DNA of 64,000 nucleotides from Octopus bimaculoides (GCF_001194135.2 NC_068995.1:13758879-13822878); one strand, 5' to 3'. Shown: positions 11,751 through 25,917, numbered from the stretch's first letter. Translations and numbers: made by a program. Notes: generated by a model from the sequence alone, not told the origin.

Positions 11751-14700
11751 CAAAACTGAGAGAAAATAGGTCAAGGAGGTGCTCCAGTATAGCCACAGTC
11801 CTACCACTGAAAAGAATCAACACCTACCAATCATCATCACCATCATCATTATCTCATCAGTCAAGATCAATGTCAAGGGAGCACTCAGTAAGCCACAGGA
11901 GAGCTTTCTGGCAAACATCTAATGTGTGTCTGAGAGCAGGGAAGGAAGGTTTTTTTAAATTTTTTTTTTAAATCAAATTCCCACTTAATCTTTATTTCAT
12001 GGCTAAAGACATTTTGCTCACAAAAGCAGGAATCGTCTTAGTTATAAGTTTGATTGAATGATATTAATCAAGGTAAGCTGCTGTGTATTTTATCCCACCT
12101 CCTCTATCACATTAGTGAACAGCATGGTTGGCCTCTTCCCCCCCCCCATCACCCTCCACATAACACTAAGGAGCTTGTTTCCTAAATCTTTGATAAATTA
12201 TTTCTGTGACAAGGAGTCCTGCTCTGTTCCAACAGAGTTGTCTAGGATTAAGGAGCAGCAGTAATGAAGAAGACAACGAAAAGAAGAAAGAGAAGGAAAA
12301 GAAGATGAAGAAAAAAGCGAAGAAGGAGAAGAAAAAGAAGATGGTGGCAAAGAATATGCAGAAGAAGACAACAATGACAACAAAGAAGACTACGATGATG
12401 ACGACGGAGAAACTGCTGCTGCCAACAATGACATCAATGATAGGGAAAGCCTCTTATCAGTCACTTGATCTGCTAGAAATAGCAACGAAATCTCCCTAAA
12501 ATTGCACTGTAATGCCTTGAAAAAGGGCACAGAATATATGCGTCTAGATTTGCACATAAGTCATGATGGTCTTTCATAAAGTTTACGAAACCAGTGTTAA
12601 TCTGGGGCTGAGCAGCAACAATGACTAGCTGCAATTATATTTCTCTTTTATTGCATCTTTCTCTCAAGACATGTCAAATAATATATCTCTAGACAAACAG
12701 TATCTGATAAAAAAAAAAAAAAAAGCAATGGTGGTCATGGCTGGAATAACTTTGATCATAGCTTGGTTGAATCAGGGCTGACTAGGATATAAACAACTCC
12801 AACAATAACCAATGAAACCAGTTGCAAAAATATAGAACTAAAGCCCAGTTATCCGAGCTCCAAACCATCTAAGACATTGACAAAGACACACTCATCATCA
12901 TCATTTTAAAGATCTGGTACTGGTGCCACATAAAATACACTGGTGCTGGTGTCAAAACAAAAAGCACTTGTGCAGGTACCATTTTCTAATCACACCAGTT
13001 CTTCTGCACTCAGAACCTACAATATCATATTTCTTATTTCAACCTCATGCTGTCTGCCCTGTGCACAGAAACCATGAAACATTTTTGTCACTAATACAAA
13101 GAAGTCAAGAGTTCTAAGAACTTCTTTCACTTAGTTCTTCTGTCTCTTATTTATTTTGGTCATATTCGCTATACAACTGTATGGTTAACAAGTCTGCTTT
13201 GAAGCACATCATCACATCTTGGGCAAATGTTTTCTATTTAGACTTGTAGTACATTTTGGTAGACAGAAAGGCATGAAAGTTCATTGTGTATATATGCATG
13301 TGTGAGAGAGAGAGAATGTTTGTGTATGAGTGTATGCATGTTAGCCCAGATCAAGCAGGCTTCCCTTTTTAAAACAGCAGATTGTGATTTGAAGGAAATT
13401 TGGCTGCTAATTCTAGTAGGTTAAGCACTCTGTAATGGTTCCTTTTTGGCTCAAAGAATATTTGATTAAATGTTTTGCAAAGGAAGTGATTTTATCAGTA
13501 ATAGACTTTAAAAATTAGAGAAGTAATTTCTTTTAATGAAATCATCTTAATGAGGAACCTTCTACAAGCTAATGACAAAATCACAAGCAGATGCTCATTC
13601 TACTAGAAATAATAGTCAAATCTCCCTCAGATCATGTCTTCCTGTCTTGAAAAAGAAATGCTGTATGTATTTTTTAATACACATTTCAAAAAAAAAAGGA
13701 AAAAGAAAAAGACAGGATAATTTGGGACTAAACAACAACAACAACACTCATCAATGATTTAATGATTTATAAAAAAAAAAAATGTTAGAGATAAAAGATA
13801 CTGTAAGTAAAAACTATGAAATTATGAAGGTTTTGTATTTTGAAAGTAAAAAGTACAAGTTATTTCAATGTTATATAATTATTAGAATGATCAACGTGCT
13901 GTATCATAAATCACAGTGATTTGTGAGAAAAACATTAGTTTTAATCCAAATGTTAGCATTATAGGCACGTATTGGACTTTAAAATATGCATATGGCGATA
14001 GTTGTAGCATTAATAAGCATCAGTCTTCCTCTTGTAGTCAGAAGTTTAACAATAAAAGTACAGGCACTGTGTCACTGTAAGAGAGTGACCCACTTAAGTT
14101 ATAAATCATTCAATGATCATTAACTATTTACATTTATTTACACAGTCTAAGATGATGGATGATAAGAACTAGGTGAACAAAAATGTTTTAGAATGATTGA
14201 GAATTAATTATAAGAAGGATTGACTATAGAGAGCAAGAGAGAGACAAAGAAGATTAAAGATAATTGATGCAAAATCTTCACTGCTGCTTTTTATGGTACA
14301 GGTGTTAAAGATGCTGTAATGGCATCTTTAACAAACATAATTAGTAAATACTTAAGTAGTTATTCTAGAGCTGAAAAAGAGCTAAAACTAGACAGCTTAC
14401 AGAACATCTCAGTAGACAGACAGTAAGTAATACTGATGGTAAAAGTACAATGAGAAACAAGAGAGAAATGAGAAGAATTTTTAAGAGAAAAGATACAAGT
14501 TTGCCTAGTCTGTTGGATGATGTAAGGTAGAAAGTAAAAATATAATGATAAATTGGGAAACAGCCCAGAAAGTGTTTGAATATGTTAAGGAGAAAAGGAT
14601 AAGAGGAGGCCTTGAATTAAAGTTATCATCCTGTGAGCACAATGATGCTGAAATCCTTAAATGCCATAATTAGAAGAACATTACGTATGAAATGTGTAAT

Positions 14701-14863
14701 GCAATGAGTGACTGCTGAACATATTCTCTTTTCTCTTGTATTTCTTTCAGCCGTTGAACTATAGCCATGCTGGGGCAACACCTTGAAGCAGTGTTTCACA
14801 ACCTTTTTACCCTTGTGTAACCCTTAAGATGAATTATATGTCTCAAGGAACCCCTGCACAAAA

Positions 14864-15051
14864 NNNNNNNNNNNNNNNNNNNNNNNNNNNNNNNNNNNNN
14901 NNNNNNNNNNNNNNNNNNNNNNNNNNNNNNNNNNNNNNNNNNNNNNNNNNNNNNNNNNNNNNNNNNNNNNNNNNNNNNNNNNNNNNNNNNNNNNNNNNNN
15001 NNNNNNNNNNNNNNNNNNNNNNNNNNNNNNNNNNNNNNNNNNNNNNNNNNN
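14864..15051. other. Assembly gap (others: 36053-36610, 53801-54580, 55198-55614, 63089-63188)
   Basis: Runs of N. The long poly-X ORFs are artefacts of these gaps. Confidence 1.
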
Positions 15052-15073
15052 CCTGTTCATCGGACATTCTAAC

Positions 15074-15119
15074 AAAACTGTCCGATGAACGGGAACGTGA
15101 AACTCAGAGTAACGGTTTT
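15074..15119 (+). ncRNA. Type I hammerhead ribozyme motif (U4C core variant)
   Basis: Stem I aaaactgt (15074-81) pairs with acggtttt (15112-19). Core CCGATGA 15082-88. Stem II acg-ggaa-cgt. GAAA 15099-102. Stem III Act-cag-agT. GTA triplet 15109-11. Confidence 0.72.
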
Positions 15120-15237
15120 TTTGTTATATTTCTGCTGCTTTTAAATAAAGTATATATATATATATATATATATATGGTTGCTATATTGTTTTGATAACAT
15201 AAGTTAGATAGGATGATGTCTATATTACAATGATATA

Positions 15238-15268
<31 letters not shown>

Positions 15269-15795
15269 TTGTACCCCACCACCACTTGACAACCAATAGC
15301 TTACGAAGAGAATGTTCACACACACACACACACACAGGCACATGCATATTTTTGTTTAGATTTTAATTATTTAACTAATTTCTGGGTAAGTTTGCTTATA
15401 TTCATATAACTTTGCAGTTCAGCAAAGGGCACTGACAGAATAAGTACCAGGTTTATTGAAATAAATACTGGGATCGATTTATTTCAGTAAACCTTTTAAA
15501 GCCTTCAAGGTGGTGCCCCAGCATGGCTGCAGTTAAAGACGGAAATGAGTAAAAAAGAACCAATACTCAAAACACAAATAAATAAATAAATAAAGAGTAG
15601 GAAATGTTGTTGTTGTTTAGCCCTAGGCTAGCTCTGGTTGACCAGAGATATTGTGAAATGTATTCCAGCTGTGGCCATCCATTCTTTTCTATATATGGAG
15701 AGTTATATTATCCAATAAGGATTTCATTTTTTAATGGTAAAGTATAACTTGAGGGATTATTTGGCTGCTATTTCTAGCAGTTTAACTCTCTAGCA

Positions 15796-16451
15796 AAGTG
15801 GTTTGCAATCATTTTTATCTATTAACCCCTTTGGTTACTATTTTACTCTGGTGGACACCTCCCATAGCCATTTGATGTTTAAAAACTAATTTTGTAGATA
15901 CTTCTCTCAAAACTTCAATTTCGTGCACCCTTTTCAAGCCTAGCCAGGCTCATGGGCCCGGTTTCCCGGTTTCTATGGCGTATGTGTTCCACCCAGCTGG
16001 ACGGGACGCCAGTCCATTGCAGACGTACTCAAGAAACAGGAAGAGAGAGTCAGAGAAAGTTGGGGCAAAAGAGTACAACAGGGGTCGCCACCACCCTCTG
16101 CCGGAGCCTCGTGGAGCTTTTAGGTGTTTTCGCTCAATAAACACATACAATGCCCGGTTTGGGAATCGAAACTGCGATCCTCCGACTGCGAGTCCGCTGC
16201 CCTAACCACTGGGCCATTGCACCTCTCTCAAAACTACTATTTTGTTTATCACACATTCACTCATGTAGGTTGAACTATGTAAAATGTTAGAGAAAGAAAC
16301 CTGTTTCTTGCAAATAAATACACTTATAGCAAAATCTTTTGATGCATTTTAAAAAAAACACGGAGATCCAATTTTCTATTTTGCTTATGTGGATCTCCAG
16401 AAATCATATAGGGACCCTCAGGGGTTATATGGACCCAGTTGAGAAACACTG
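15796..16451. mobile_element. hAT (Charlie-like) MITE containing a nested SINE
   Basis: Ends (a/c)agtggtt... and ...gttgagaaacactg. 8-bp TSD ctctagca/atctagca fits the NTCTAGAN Charlie preference. The interior is similar to 25918-26169 and 31288-31526. Confidence 0.75.
15915..16223 (-). mobile_element. tRNA-derived SINE with a perfect 12-bp TSD
   Basis: Same head as 149-523 (ggtgcaatggcccagtggttagggcagcggactcgc...gtttcgattccc) but a different 3' half. TSD tctctcaaaact at 15903-14 and 16224-35. Confidence 0.88.
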
Positions 16452-19019
16452 ATCTAGCAGATTGCAGGGATAGTCTTGTTCTATGTAGTACAAACAGGTT
16501 AGGCAATGTCGTTTGGCAGTGATCAGCACTTTCAGATAATAATGTTTAGTTAATTAAACATGGTTGGTTCAATATTTGATTAAGTAAAGCATAAGAAAAA
16601 AATAGAATGAAATAAACAATAGAGAAGAAGAAATGGTAAAATGTAAAAATTCCATCACCACCAACACCATCATTTTAATGTCCTCTTTTCCGGCTTTTTT
16701 CAGGTACAATGTATCCTAGGTTACATATGCAAGGTGTGCTTTCCCAGTTTGAGAGGCAGGGTTTGATTCAAGTGAGATTTAGTTGCTATTTAGTAAAAGA
16801 ATGAGCTGCTACATAGATGCTTCTTCACTGTCTCAAGACAATAGGATGTGAGGGAGATTTGGCTGCTATTTTACAGCAGGACAAGTGATTACATTGAAGC
16901 ACCCTCGTTGTCTCAAGATAACAGGGAGTGATTTGAGGGAGGTTTGGTTGCTACTTCTAGCAGGTTGAATGACCAAGAAGAGGCTACCTCGCAGACTCAT
17001 GTTCTGAGTTCAAATCTTACCAAGGTTAATTTTGCTTTTCAAACTTTTGAGGGCCAATAAAATAAAAATACCAGACAAATACTAAGGTCAATGTAATTGA
17101 CATTCTGAGTTCAAATTCCACCAAAGTTGACTTTCCTTTTCATTTTTTGGGGGTTGATAAAATAAGTCCCACTTGAGTACTACAGGGGTCAATGTAATCA
17201 GCTATCTGCCTCCCACAAAATTCCAGGCCTTGTGCCTATATTAGAAACAGATATTGTTATTGTTGTTGCTGTTCTTGTTTTAAGAGTGGTGGTTTAGCAG
17301 AATAGAGTGCTGGAAAGAATACCTAGCAGTATCTGTTCCACTTACAAAGGTCAACTTTGCCTTTGATCCTTTCAGGGTCGATAAAATAAAGTACCAGTCA
17401 AGTACTAGGATTTGATGTAATCAACTTGCCCCTTCCTCTCATAATGCTTGGCTTTCACTTTGAAGTAGAAACGTTCATTATTACCATTATTGTTGTTTTA
17501 CCTAGCCTAGGTTCCAATTTCTAGTTGAAGCTTTCGGCATAACTTGTAGAAAAATTCCACCTGCACTTTTTAAACAATTAGATGGCATTTCTTTCATTTA
17601 CATAGGGTCATGATCAATATATTTATAGATTTAAGCCACTGAAGGTAGCTTAACAGATAATCCTGCCAGACAGGTTTTCTTTTAGAATAAATTAAGCCAA
17701 ATGCAAATATAGCGTCATTTTCATAGCGTTACAATTTAAAATTCTGAACATCTGAATAGCTTACAATGAGAATGTTCACACACACACACACACACACACA
17801 CATGCATATTTTTGTTTAGATTTTAATTATTTAACTAATTTCTGGGTAAATTTAGAAAGCACTAAAGTTAAAAGTGGGATGAGAGGACAAGTATTTGTGG
17901 CGTTCATGCCTTTTTGTAAAGTTAAAAACACAAGAAATAAAAAAACTGCATCTAAGACAAACCAAAGAAAATAAAGTTGCTTAGTTTGCAAGAAATAGCA
18001 GCAAATTCTCCTTTGATTTACATCCTACTAATTTTATAAAAAAGAAAAAGGGGCATACTTAGAAAATGTGCCTCAAAAGAAGAGACGGCCATGGTTAGGA
18101 TGTCTCTAATCTGAACTCTGATCAGGGCTGACAACAATAACAGTTGGACTCCAGATGTGTAAATGAGGGAACCTGTGAATGTTTGCTTGACTTGCATGAA
18201 ATAGGACTCAAATTTTCCTCAAATTAAATCCTATTGTTTTAAACAAGGAACAACACACTGGACAGTATAGTGTCTGATATACAACAACAATAATCTTTTC
18301 TACTAAAGGTACAAAGCCTGAATTTTTTTAAGGGAGGGGGGGTTAGCCAATTACATCCACCCCAGTGCTTGACTGGTACTTATTTCACTGGCCCTAAAAG
18401 GACAAAAGGCAAAGTCAGCCATGGCAACATTTGAACTTGGAACATAAAGATGGACAAACTGCTTAGCAGCATTTTGTCTGGATTACTAATGATTTTGCCA
18501 GCTTGCTGTTTTAATAATAATAATAAAAACAATAATAATAATGATAATAAATGTTCATAACTGGAACACTTTTGATGAAAATAAGCAGTGTTCTCTTTAG
18601 GTTTTTGCTATATGTGTAAAAATTTGCTTATGTGCAAAATTTCTTTGCAAAGTATAAGTGCATTCATGCAAGTAACCATGATCAATTAAAAAAAATTATT
18701 TCAACTTGAAAACCTTGTGCATGCACACTTTATCCTTTATGCACTAGTTGCAAAACATGTATGTGCATATACAAGCACACAGCTTAGAGGTAACATTGGT
18801 ACATTGATTTTAGGTCACTTTGATCAGGATTGACCTAGGGTCAACCAACAACTACTGAATACTGAGTGTTATCAAGAGCATAATAGTGAGTAACCACTTT
18901 CAGTTAAAAAAAAATCTGAGATGAGGGGGAACAAAAAACAGGACTTCAGAGGACTCAGTCAAAGTGTGCAATATTGTGTTGTTATGAATGTATTTTGTAC
19001 ATGAAGGATAACAATTGGG

Positions 19020-19190
19020 CAAAGGAGTGCCAAACAATCGAAGATGAAAGATCCTGTAGAAGACCAAAGAAGATGCGGTAAGAAGAGGTGAAGGCTGATC
19101 TCAGGAGGATGAATCTCAAAATGGAAATGAGAAGAGACAAAGGCATGAAGAATGATGCTGCTAAAAAAAAAAAAACCTGTCCAACCCATG
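19020..19190 (+). mobile_element. Degenerate RTE LINE extreme 3' end
   Basis: CRRPKKMR*EEVKADLRRMNL (RTE GRPxKTWxExVKxDL-like). It is followed by tgtccaacccatgc, the tail shared with the CAT-tailed short elements in this window. Confidence 0.55.
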
Positions 19191-22100
19191 CCTACATAGG
19201 AAACAGATTTAAGATGATGATGAGAGACTCACAAATACCCAATATTTACAGGCATCCAACTACAAGGAAAAAGAAAGCAATACAAAGAAAAAAAGTTTTG
19301 AAAAACTATTTTTTGTATTTTAAACTATAAATAGGAAGGAATTTTGTCTGGTAATAAAAGTTGAATTTGTTTTGATGCTAGGCTGGTTGAAAGTGTAATA
19401 ATTAAAGAAAGACAAGAATATCATTGGTATAACAGTCTTTCGTTGCTATCATAAAGTTCATTAGATAAAGAATATATTTTTAGTGTGCAGCCAAAAATGG
19501 AACAACTTAGATGACATGACAGCTGTCTGACTGAGAGAGGTGCCTCCATATCAAGAAAAGTTTTGGAGATATGATTTAGGGTTACACACACACACACACA
19601 CACAAAGCTTAATATCCAAAGATATAGATATACAAGATAATGGCTAGACAGGGGGAGAGAAAAAAATGTATGATAAACTTATCATTTGGAAGAAGATACC
19701 TGGATAACTGAAGCAGAGAACACCCACAGAGGGAATGGAATATTTTCAAGTCAGATAAATGGGTTTCTATACAGTCTTTCAACATAATCAATATATCTCC
19801 TTCAACAAACTCAATTATAGTGATGTTTGAAATGGCAGTCACATGTTTATAAATGTCTAAAATTTAGGAGAGCCTGGCTCACAATAAAGATAAAATGGTT
19901 GTGAGCAGAATGTTAATTAATGGCAGGAAATAACGAATGCTATGCTAAACCAAACTAAACTAAACTAAACCAACCTTCTCATTTCAATATATCTAAACTA
20001 CCAAAGCTGTGAGATATTTGCACAAGCAAAACATTCACCAGATCATTTGACTCTAATGCTGTATTTCCTCACTGCATATTTAATTCTGGTCAACTTTTTA
20101 ACACTTCAAGCTTTGAATATGCCTTAACTGTTTCTTTTCAAGACATGGCTTGTACTATCTTTGTTTTTTTTAATTCTTTTACTTGTTTCAGTCATTTGAC
20201 TGTGGCCATGCTGGGGTACTGCTTTGAAAGGTTTTACTTGAATTGACTGCAGGACTTTTTTTGTCTTTTAAGCCTGGTACTTATGCTATTGGTCACTTTT
20301 GTTGAACTGCTAAGTTACAAGGATGTAAACGCACCAAAAACCAGTTGTCAAGCGGTGGTGGGGGACAAACGCATGTATGTACGTATGTATGTATGTATGT
20401 ATGTATGTATGTACGTATGTATTATCCAGACAGACACACACACTCACACACAATGGGTATCTTTCAGTTTCTGTCAACCAAATTCACTCACAAAGCTCTG
20501 ATTGACCCGATGCTATAGTAGAAGACACTTGCCCAAGGTGTCACACAGTGGGACTGAACCCAGAACCATGTGGTTGGGAAGCAATCTTCTTACCTTGAAT
20601 TATTTACTTCCTAGGCAATTTTATTTTCTCACAAGAAATATACAATCCTGTACACATACTTAGTGAGTCTTTCACTGTAACACTAAATGATATGGCAAAG
20701 GTTATTGCTTTGTTGTGGGGTCAGAATAAGTCCAAAACATGCTCAAAATAGTTTCTCCTGCTTGCTGGAGGGGAAAATAAAAATAATGTTAGTCACTGAC
20801 AAATACTGATCTATTTTTCTTCACTGCCTATCTGATTCTATTTAGTTTTCTAAAGCTCCACGATTTAAACATTGTAACACTAACTTACCTATAAATCAAC
20901 AGACCCCTGTTCAACACACAGGAAATGGAACGAAAACGAAAATAAACCATAATTAAAAATTCATGGAAAACACATTTTTGCCACATCTCACATTATTTAC
21001 CAGCCAAATAAATCTAAATATAAATCACATGTACATACAGACACATAGGTACACACAGACACACGCACAAACATGCATATATGAGTAATGATGAAATCTC
21101 GTATGCCTAGGAGGAGGAGATGGGTGGGAATTTATAGTTGCATTTTTTCTTGGTTTTCCAGAAATATACATAGGCACAGGCATAGCTGTGTGGTAAGAAG
21201 CTTGCTTCCCAACCACATAGTTCTGAGTTCAGTCCCACTGCATGGGACCTTGGGAAAACATCTACTATAACCTCAGGCCAACCAAAGCCTTGTGAGTGAA
21301 TTTGGAAGATGGAAATTTAAAGAAACCCATTGTATATATATGTATGTATGTGTCTTTGTTTGACCCCCATCACTGCTTGACGACCAGTGTTGGTGTGTTT
21401 ATGCCCCCATAACTTAGTGGTTCAGCAAGACTGATAGAATCAAATAGGCAGTGAAGAAAAAAAAAGGGACAAGTACTGGGGTCAGTTCATTTCACTGAAA
21501 GTTCAAGGTGGTAAACCAGCATGGCCACAGTCTAATTGACTGAAACAAGTAAAAGATGATATATAAAGCAGTTCCAACCGAGGATAAAAAAATAAGCCAT
21601 CAGGCTCATGTGTGCGTGTGCATGCATGCACAGCCACTGTCATCCTTCAAATGTTGATAAAATGGGAGATTGATATAATATATATTTGAAACAGTGCTCC
21701 ATCATGGTCTTGCTGCACTGATTTGGACCAATAAAAAATGAATATATGAAGCTCCCTTTGCAATCATGTGATTTCAGGTTTGGACCCACAGCACAGCAAC
21801 ACCTTGGGCATGTGTCTATTACTATAACCCTAGGCCAGTCAATGCTTGTGAGTGAGTTTGGTAGATAAAAACTGTGTGGAAGCCTGTTGCGTGTGTGTGT
21901 CTTTGTCACCCCCACCTCACTGCTTGACAGCTGGTATTGGTTTGTTTATATCCCTGTGATTTAGTGGTTCAGCAAAAGAGGCTGTTATAGAATAAGTACC
22001 AGTACTTACTTTTTAAAATAAGTACTGGTACTAAATAATAAAATACTAAAGCTTTCAAGGTGGTGCCCCAGCATGGCCGCAGTTCAATGACTGAAATAAG

Positions 22101-22401
22101 TTAAGAGATACACACACACATACATTTATATGCCTATTTCATGACTTATCCCTCCTTTTTTGTCATATCTCCTTGCTTGACTTCTATCCATTGTTTGCAC
22201 TAACCTGCATCAATCTCATACAGTGTCTCTATAGCCTTGCATTTTGATGTAAATCTCCAAAGGCTAAGGGCACCATCTTTCATTTCAGAACCCTTTTATA
22301 AGGTCAAGATAGAAAGATAGGGTCTACCACAGTCCTGCTGTTGCAATGATATTAGCATCACAGTCTGCTGTTCAGAGAACAGAACTTTTGTTTTTTTTTT
22401 A

Positions 22402-22439
<38 letters not shown>

Positions 22440-23827
22440 GAATGCTAAACTTCAAATATAGCTTGAAATGGTTTATTAATGTCAGATAAGGTATTTTAAC
22501 ATTTATGCCAGTACAACTAGTCTGGTCTGGTGTAGTAGTAATAGTGGTAGTAGTGCACATACTGGTTTATACCAATGACATTCAAACATTAAAGGAGTGT
22601 TTTCAAAGTTTTGGGAATGAAGTGAGCTGTAATTTTTACAACAGAAAAAACTGGTTAATCAACTTGTTACCTAACATAAACGACAAATGGAAAGAAAAAG
22701 AAGTAAAAAAAAAAAGGAGAGAGAGAGACGGTTATATTGAAAATGTGGTATCAGATGAATGGAAAGGCAAAATCTCTTAGTGATACATCTGTCATAAGTA
22801 AAAATGGTGAATAAAATAGTAATAAAGAAAAGGTAAGGATGATTACAACAAAGTTTGCTAGTAACATAAAACTATGAATGAACTACAAGGATCTTATTTT
22901 ACCTTATAGTCAGTCAGGAGAGGAGACAGTGCCCCACGATTATTTACAGGGCTTCTGTTATTGGGAGGATGTGCAAGGAAGATATCTTCAAATTGAAAAC
23001 CTTGATTGAATGCTTAAAGGTATGGAAAGTGCCATGTGGTGATATTAAACAAGGTCACGAATTAAGTTTACCGCCTATGGCAGGATTTGAAAGTGCCAGG
23101 TGGTAGTATAAAATTGGGTAGTAAATCAAGTCTACAACTCATGTAAATCATGCCGCATGGTTTTGAATCCTGGACCGGGCGATGTGTTGTGTTCTTGAGC
23201 AAGATGCTTCATTTCACGTTACTCCAGTTCTCCCAGCTAGCAAAAATGAGTAATCCTCAGATGGACTAGTGTCCTGTTCAGAGTGGAATATATATGCCAG
23301 AGAAACCAGCTCTATGCTCCTTACAGAGTAAGGTGAACTAACCACCCAAGTAAATCATTGTGGGATTTGAAATCAGAGTACGAAATGCATGACCTCCCAT
23401 CCCGTGCTCTAAGAATCCTGCCAGTCCACCATCCAAGATTCATTTTTTCTGGACTAATTATTGACCCTGGAAGAATAAAAGGCTAAGTTAACCTCAGCAG
23501 GATTTGAACTCAGAAAGTAAGCAATTGAAATAAATACTGCAAAGGTATTTTGCTTGATACTCTAATGATTCTACCAACTGATGTTTAGCCCCAGGTCAGA
23601 TCTGTTCATATGGGGCCTATGATTAGAGACATTTCAACTATGATCACTATGGGGTATTGGGGACCAGATTATTTAAAAGTCCTTTATTTCATTAAGACAT
23701 TAGGATGTTATTTGAAAGAAATTTAGCTGCTGTTTCTAACAGTTTGAGTATGGCTGTGTGGTTAAGAAGTTCATTTTGTAAACATAGTTTTAGACTTTGT
23801 CCCACTGAACTGTGCATATTCATATGC

Positions 23828-23864
<37 letters not shown>

Positions 23865-25284
23865 CTTTGTTTTTTGTCTGTCACCACTGTTTTCAACTGG
23901 TATTGGTTTGTTCATATCCCTGTAACTTTGCAATTCAGCAAAGGAGACCAATAAAATAAGTACCAGACTTAAAAGTAAGTACCGGAGACAATTTGTTCGA
24001 CAAAAATCCTTCAAGGTAGTGCTCCAGTCCAACAACTGAATAAGAGTAAGAGTGACTCTGTAGAAGACTTCTCATCTAAATGCAAAGAGTGTTTCACGAT
24101 GTACGAGATGTTATGCAAGTGCACCCAACACTGGCCAATCCAGTTTCACCATTGATCACTCTCTATGTGAAGGTCAACAACCTCGCAAAGTAATAGTACA
24201 TGATACAAGTTTCAATTTCAAATGGAGGTGAATAATAGCCATACATACCATATTAGTTAATATTTATTACATTAGTTAATGAGTGCTTAAACAATATAAC
24301 TATTGTATCTGTTACGCACCAGGTGGCCACAGTATGTGTGCTGTATTGTCCAATCAGTAATATGATTGTTTGGCAAGGGCAGTAAGCTGGTAGAATTGTT
24401 AACATGCCAAGCAAAATGCTTAGTGGTATGTCACCTGTCTTTAACTTCGGAGTTCAAATTCTGCCGTGGTTGACTTGGACTTTCATTCCTTTCGGAGTTG
24501 ATAAAATAAGTATCAGTTGAGCACTGAGGGTCGATGTAATCAATTTACACACCCTGATCCCACCCAAAATTGCTGGCCTTGTGCCAAAATTTAAAACCCA
24601 ATATGATCATTTGGCAAGCAATAAATATCTTTGCAACATTCAGTCTTGGATTACAAATGATGTGCGAAACGAACGTGCAAGCCAACAACAATGGTTGGTA
24701 ACAAGCTGGGTGTATCAGCAGGAGAGCATCAGTTACTGTCTAGCTTTTGGTCAGTACACATCCCTGCTTAAATTCACTGCACTTTCTCTTGAATTTCCTA
24801 TGAAAAAAATAGTTTCAGTTTACAAACATTTTAGGTGACAAACAGCCTTCAGGAACGAATTTGATTAGTAAATGAAAGTTTCAGAGTATATGAACATCCA
24901 GCTTTTAGTGGCCATGTATGATGGTTTGGTATACATAGTTGATGGAGTATAAGGACACAAAAATGCAAGCATCCTATGGTTCAGTGACATTATTCATGGG
25001 TCTAGTTGTGTGTTGTCTATAAAAAGAATTTCTTCTCTTAACACAATTCGTGCAGCATTTCGTTTTTCCCACGTTCAAGTGTACATGAACATGTTATATA
25101 TGATTATGCATAACTACATCCAACTACTACTAACTTTGACCAGAATGTTAACTACATGTCACCTTTACAAACTCAGCAAAAATGATAACCACAGATCTGA
25201 CAAATCCGGCAACTGTACCAACATATCTCGATAACTACTATTTAGCTAGCAATAACAACTTAGAACATTCTAACATAAAATTAT

Positions 25285-25510
25285 ATAAAACTAAGGTGAG
25301 AGGTTTTTAACCTTTTTGATATTAACCAACTCAAGACCACCCATGGTTCTGTGATACAAAATGCTTGCTTTATTCCATTAAAATTTCATGTTGACTTATG
25401 TCTCTCAGACACCAGTTTAATAATGAAGAAGTAATTTTATTAAATTCTTCATTATTTTGAAAATTAACTGAAACAAAGGCCGTGTATTTCAACAGAAATA
25501 TGGTAAAGAT
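25285..25510. mobile_element. piggyBac-type MITE (family 2), representative copy
   Basis: ttaacc..tttga...aaatttcatgtt...caacagaaatatggtaa. Partial copies at about 630-795, 41335-41465, 41720-41830, 45480-45600 and 46000-46080, several ending aaagggttaa. Confidence 0.6.
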
Positions 25511-25917
25511 AAACACTTTAGAGTTAGAGACTATGTATATGATGACAGCAAAAATTTGGAATGAGTGCTGAAATGAGCTGCTGCCAGTAGATAACCGAGT
25601 TTTTAAGCAGAATCAGAGAGTAAAAGGAGGAGGGTAGAGGAAAAAACCGCCCCAAAAAACAACAAGATTGTATGCAATTATAGTTGAGGGTTTGATGAAC
25701 AATTCAATAACAGGAAGTAACCAAATAAGACTCCAGGAAAATATGACAATGAAAAAAACCCATGAAACCAATATGTTCACAAGGGAAGTGATAGATGTAA
25801 TGCAATCTCAGATAAATTGACAAAGAAAATAACACTCATAATAGATTAAAACCATGTAACATATTGTGGTATGTAAAGGGTTGTTAGGTGACCACCACTG
25901 AAGGTTTCCTTTATATG

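Larger units (their letters stand above)
15295..17849 (+). repeat. 95-bp direct repeat pair (15295-15389 and 17755-17849), period 2460 bp
   Basis: aatagcttac..gagaatgttc(ac)n..catgcatatttttgtttagattttaattatttaactaatttctgggtaa is present twice with about 4 differences. Confidence 0.9.

Noticed and set aside
12206-12499. Lys/Glu-rich 97-aa ORF
   Set aside because: It is a GAA/GAT/GAC simple-repeat tract ending in the common short repeat, with no splice or homology support.
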